This document shows, piece after piece, positions 59,957 to 64,000 of a stretch of 64,000 nt of DNA. The notes beneath the pieces were generated by a model, which made no database searches, had not been told where the DNA came from, and saw nothing but the letters and a program-made list of their open reading frames with translations. Positions within the stretch are counted from its first letter, which is position 1, and every line of letters starts with the position of its first letter. A program made the translations under genes and the position numbers. Source of the stretch: the human T2T-CHM13v2.0 reference genome, Homo sapiens; NCBI RefSeq assembly GCF_009914755.1, contig NC_060940.1. One strand, written 5' to 3'.

Positions 59957-62056
59957 CTAGGAAGAAAATATAAAAACCCTGATTTTCAGAGAGATGCTGT
60001 AAAGAGGTGGGATATATATATAGAGAGTGAGCTCTTATGACTTCAGTTGCATCCCTATTTCCAGCCATGCCCACAGGATTTGCTCTTGGACTTTCCAGTT
60101 AATGAGCCCATAAATACTTTTCTGCCCAAGTTGGATTGAATTGGACTTCTTCCAGGAACCCTAGATAATACATATCTGAGACTCATATCCAGACACAAAC
60201 TCCTCCTCCTCCTGCAGCACACCTGCATCTCTCTAGCCTTCCTTGCCTTCCATGACCTCATCACCTCTCACTCTGGTACTGCCATTGGCTCACTGCCATT
60301 ATCTTGGTTCAGACTCGCATTACTTCTCACCTAGATTGTTGCAACCATCTCCTCACTGGCCTCCCTGCCTCCAGGCTTGTCTGCTCCATGTCCAAAGACA
60401 GCCAGGTGGACAGACAGACAGACATGCACACAGCCCTGCCAAAATCTTTCTGATCACAATCCTCTCTGCTTTTCCATGGGGTAACTTAGGAGGCCGCCTG
60501 ACATGTGGCATCTGCTACCTGTGGAGCCACACCTGGCACCCACCTCTCCCTAGTTCCCATTCTCACCTCTAAGCTAATGCAGAAGCTACCTTCAGGGCTT
60601 TCTTACTACTTTCTGTGTCATGAAACCCTGGGCAGTCCATCAAAGCCTATAGAGCCCTCTTGGAATAATGTTTTTAGAATCGTAGAATAGAATACATAGA
60701 TTGATAATGAAATTATAATGAACACTGATATACAGTTATCAAAATATTTAAACAAATTTAAATATGGTCATGTCTTTGCTTCTTTGTTAACACATTAAAT
60801 AGACAATTTAGAGGTGGGCCTAATAACTATTTGTAATTTTCAAGCAGTAAAGAACATAAATGAAATTTCAAGTCATTTGCAACAACTGCAAGTGTAATGA
60901 GATAGACTACACATGATCTTTGTTGGTGACAAAGTCCTGAGTAAGTGCTAAGCTTGTTTTGGTTGGTTGCCTGCAGTCATAATGGAAGGAAACACTAAAT
61001 TTCAGAAGGAGGTTGGTGACAATGGTGATGCAACTTTTTTTCTTTCTAAGTTCATGGACCTTCCAAATAAGCCCCACTCCCCATCTTTGGTTCTTTGGGA
61101 CTCAGCTTAATGTCAGCCCCTCTGGGAAACCTTCTGTGATCCTTCATCACACGAGGTTGGGGCCCCTCACCTGTAACCCCACAGTCCCCTGAGCCTCCCT
61201 TTATCACACCACAGGTCACATATAATTCCATGCATTTGTCTACCTCCCTGATTGGGGCCTTCTTCATTGAGATCTGTAAAGGTGCCAGCTTTGCAGGCAC
61301 AGCCTTGATCTGAGTCCAAGTTACATTGAAAAGCTGGACTTCATGTCCCCGTGAAAGGCAGGAGAGGCTTGCAAAGCAGTGGGATCCTGGAACTCATTGA
61401 CACTCCCCTGATGAAGGACTTAAACTGATTTCTCGTCCATTCTTTCATCTGACGATGGTGCAGCCATGATGAGTTGAGACTTTATTGCTAACCAGACCTG
61501 CATTTTTGTCCTGTCCCTGTCTCTTGTCACCTGTTTACCTTGGGCAACTCACTTTGCTTCTCGTCTCAGGATTTCAGTTTCCTCACCCGTAAACTGGGGA
61601 CCATGACAGTACCCACCTTGTAAGGCTCCAGTAGGGATGAAACAAAAACAAATGTGAAGGGCTTAACACTCAATCATAATAACCAGTTGTCTGAGAGTTG
61701 AAAGTGTCCATGTTAGCTGTTGTTGCAACCCATTTGCTCATTCAACAAGCATTTATCAAACACCTATTTTGCCAGGTGCTTTGCATACATTTAAAGCATT
61801 TCATAATACCAGAGGCAGGTTCTATTATCCGCATTTTAAATAACCTCTTCTTTTGCTCGAGAGGTGCTTAGTATTCTTGGACAGTTTCAGGTCATAAGGG
61901 ATTAAGGTACCAAAAAATTCTGGGGACGGGGTCATCCCCCTCCTCCAAGATCAGGCATTATTAGGCAACATGGTGCAGGGGCTAGGGAAAGGATTCAGGT
62001 TTAGGTTTGAATCCCAGCTCCTGGAAGCCACACACACCCTGCAGGGCAGACACATT

Positions 62057-62629
62057 TGACGGCAATAATTGAACTTAGCTTACCCTGCGAACGACCCTAT
62101 GGTCTAAGAAGAATGTGTATTCACAGTTCAGAGCTAAGGAATCCGGGAGTGGCCAACCTGGAGATTCACTCCTTATCTATGAAGGATGTCTGGGTCCCCT
62201 GCCTATCCCTTGGAATGCAGGCTGTACAGGCAATTGAGGCCCTTGGTTTTGGGTTAAAGAGCCAAAACCCTTGGTTAAAGGGCCAAAAGGAAGTTGCTTA
62301 GATAGAAGGTGCTAAGCGAAAATGCTATATAAACTGCATGCTTTTTATATAAACATGTTTTTTATATAAACAATCGAGGCCCTTTGTTTTGGGTTAAAGG
62401 GCCAAAAGGAAGTTGCTAGGTGGAGGGTGCTAAGTGAAAATGCTACATAAACTGCATGCTTTTATATAAACAGTAGAGGTTCTCCTGTCCAGCCAGCTGC
62501 CACTGGATTGTCCCTGTATGTAAGTTCCCTCAATAAACCCTGTGTCTCGTTCACTGTCTCTAGGTCTCTTTTTTGGCCTCCTGGACATGGTACTATTCCT
62601 AAAGGAGTTAACAGTGGCCTGGCATGACA
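62057..62629 (+). mobile_element. LTR47-like ERVL solo LTR with a duplicated TATA module
   Basis: TG...CA termini; GAGCTAAGGAATCCGGGAGTGGCCAACC; CTATATAAACTGCATGC; AATAAA at 62532. Confidence 0.72.
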
Positions 62630-62645
62630 CGCCTTGGGCAAATGA

Positions 62646-63320
<675 letters not shown>

Positions 63321-64000
63321 AAAAAGGGTTAACTATTTTTACTTATGGGAACACCTAGCAAATTCCTCGAACTCCCTCAAGTGCCCCCAAGGAGCACCCG
63401 TTCCAATAGGCATCCTCCTCTGTGAGGCTCACTCCCCACCTGGCATGCCTTGCCATCAGTGCTGGAGAAAGATTGTGGATAAATACCACAAAGTGGTTAG
63501 GAGTGGCCACTTTGGGTTCACTGCTGGACTTGTGGGTTCAAATGTCAGTGCCCTGGGCTACCAGCTGTCAGGCCTTCATAGAGGCTTTACCTGTCTGGGC
63601 TGCAGTCCCTCATAAATTGGAGATAATCATAGCACCTCCCTCAGGAAGCAGAGTGAATAAGGCAACAAAAACAATTACTGAGTGCCTACTCTGGCTGGAC
63701 AGGTGCTACCTAATAGGAGTGATCAAGGTACTGCAGGTTGAAATGAAATAACGCTTGTGAAGTGTTGAGGCGTGTATGCCTGCAGAATCATAAGCACTCA
63801 ATATGCGTTACGTGCTATATGCTACAAACTAAATATATCATACTAAAAAATGTATAGGTCTGCTAGATTTTTAGACAAAAAATATATGCATCTGAATATC
63901 CATCTTTTGTTACTCCCATATTCATTTTCTCATTTATTCCCACAAATCAGCCCTGGAGGATAGGCAGGGTGGAGATTTTCTCCTGTTTTTACTGAGGAAA

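Noticed and set aside
63330-64000. Possible start of SYT17
   Set aside because: No CpG island or recognisable exon inside the window; the sequence is MIR-derived or unremarkable.

Overview
Human (or great-ape) genomic DNA, very rich in Alu, MIR, L2, MaLR and MER repeats. It contains one protein-coding gene, recognised as the intronless ITPRIPL2 (CDS 11303-12910, +, 535 aa); from memory this gene lies at 16p12.3 between COQ7 and SYT17. The gene sits in a CpG island and has a probable ~5.5 kb 3'UTR ending near AATAAA 18452. The protein is a membrane-anchored Mab-21/cGAS-like nucleotidyltransferase-fold protein. By manual comparison with cGAS motifs it keeps the phosphate-binding residues but lacks two of three catalytic acids and the zinc thumb, so it looks like a nucleotide-binding pseudoenzyme. 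Its mRNA has a single overlapping uORF, a 5'UTR G-quadruplex motif, inverted Alus whose inclusion depends on polyA-site choice, and several neuronal miRNA seed matches. The remaining ~45 kb is intergenic, with solo LTRs (MER50-, LTR16-, THE1- and LTR47-like), DNA-transposon fossils, L1 3' ends, a perfect 37-bp palindrome and a duplicated heat-shock-element motif. No CRISPR array, rRNA or tRNA was seen. Repeat family names and boundaries were assigned by eye and are approximate.
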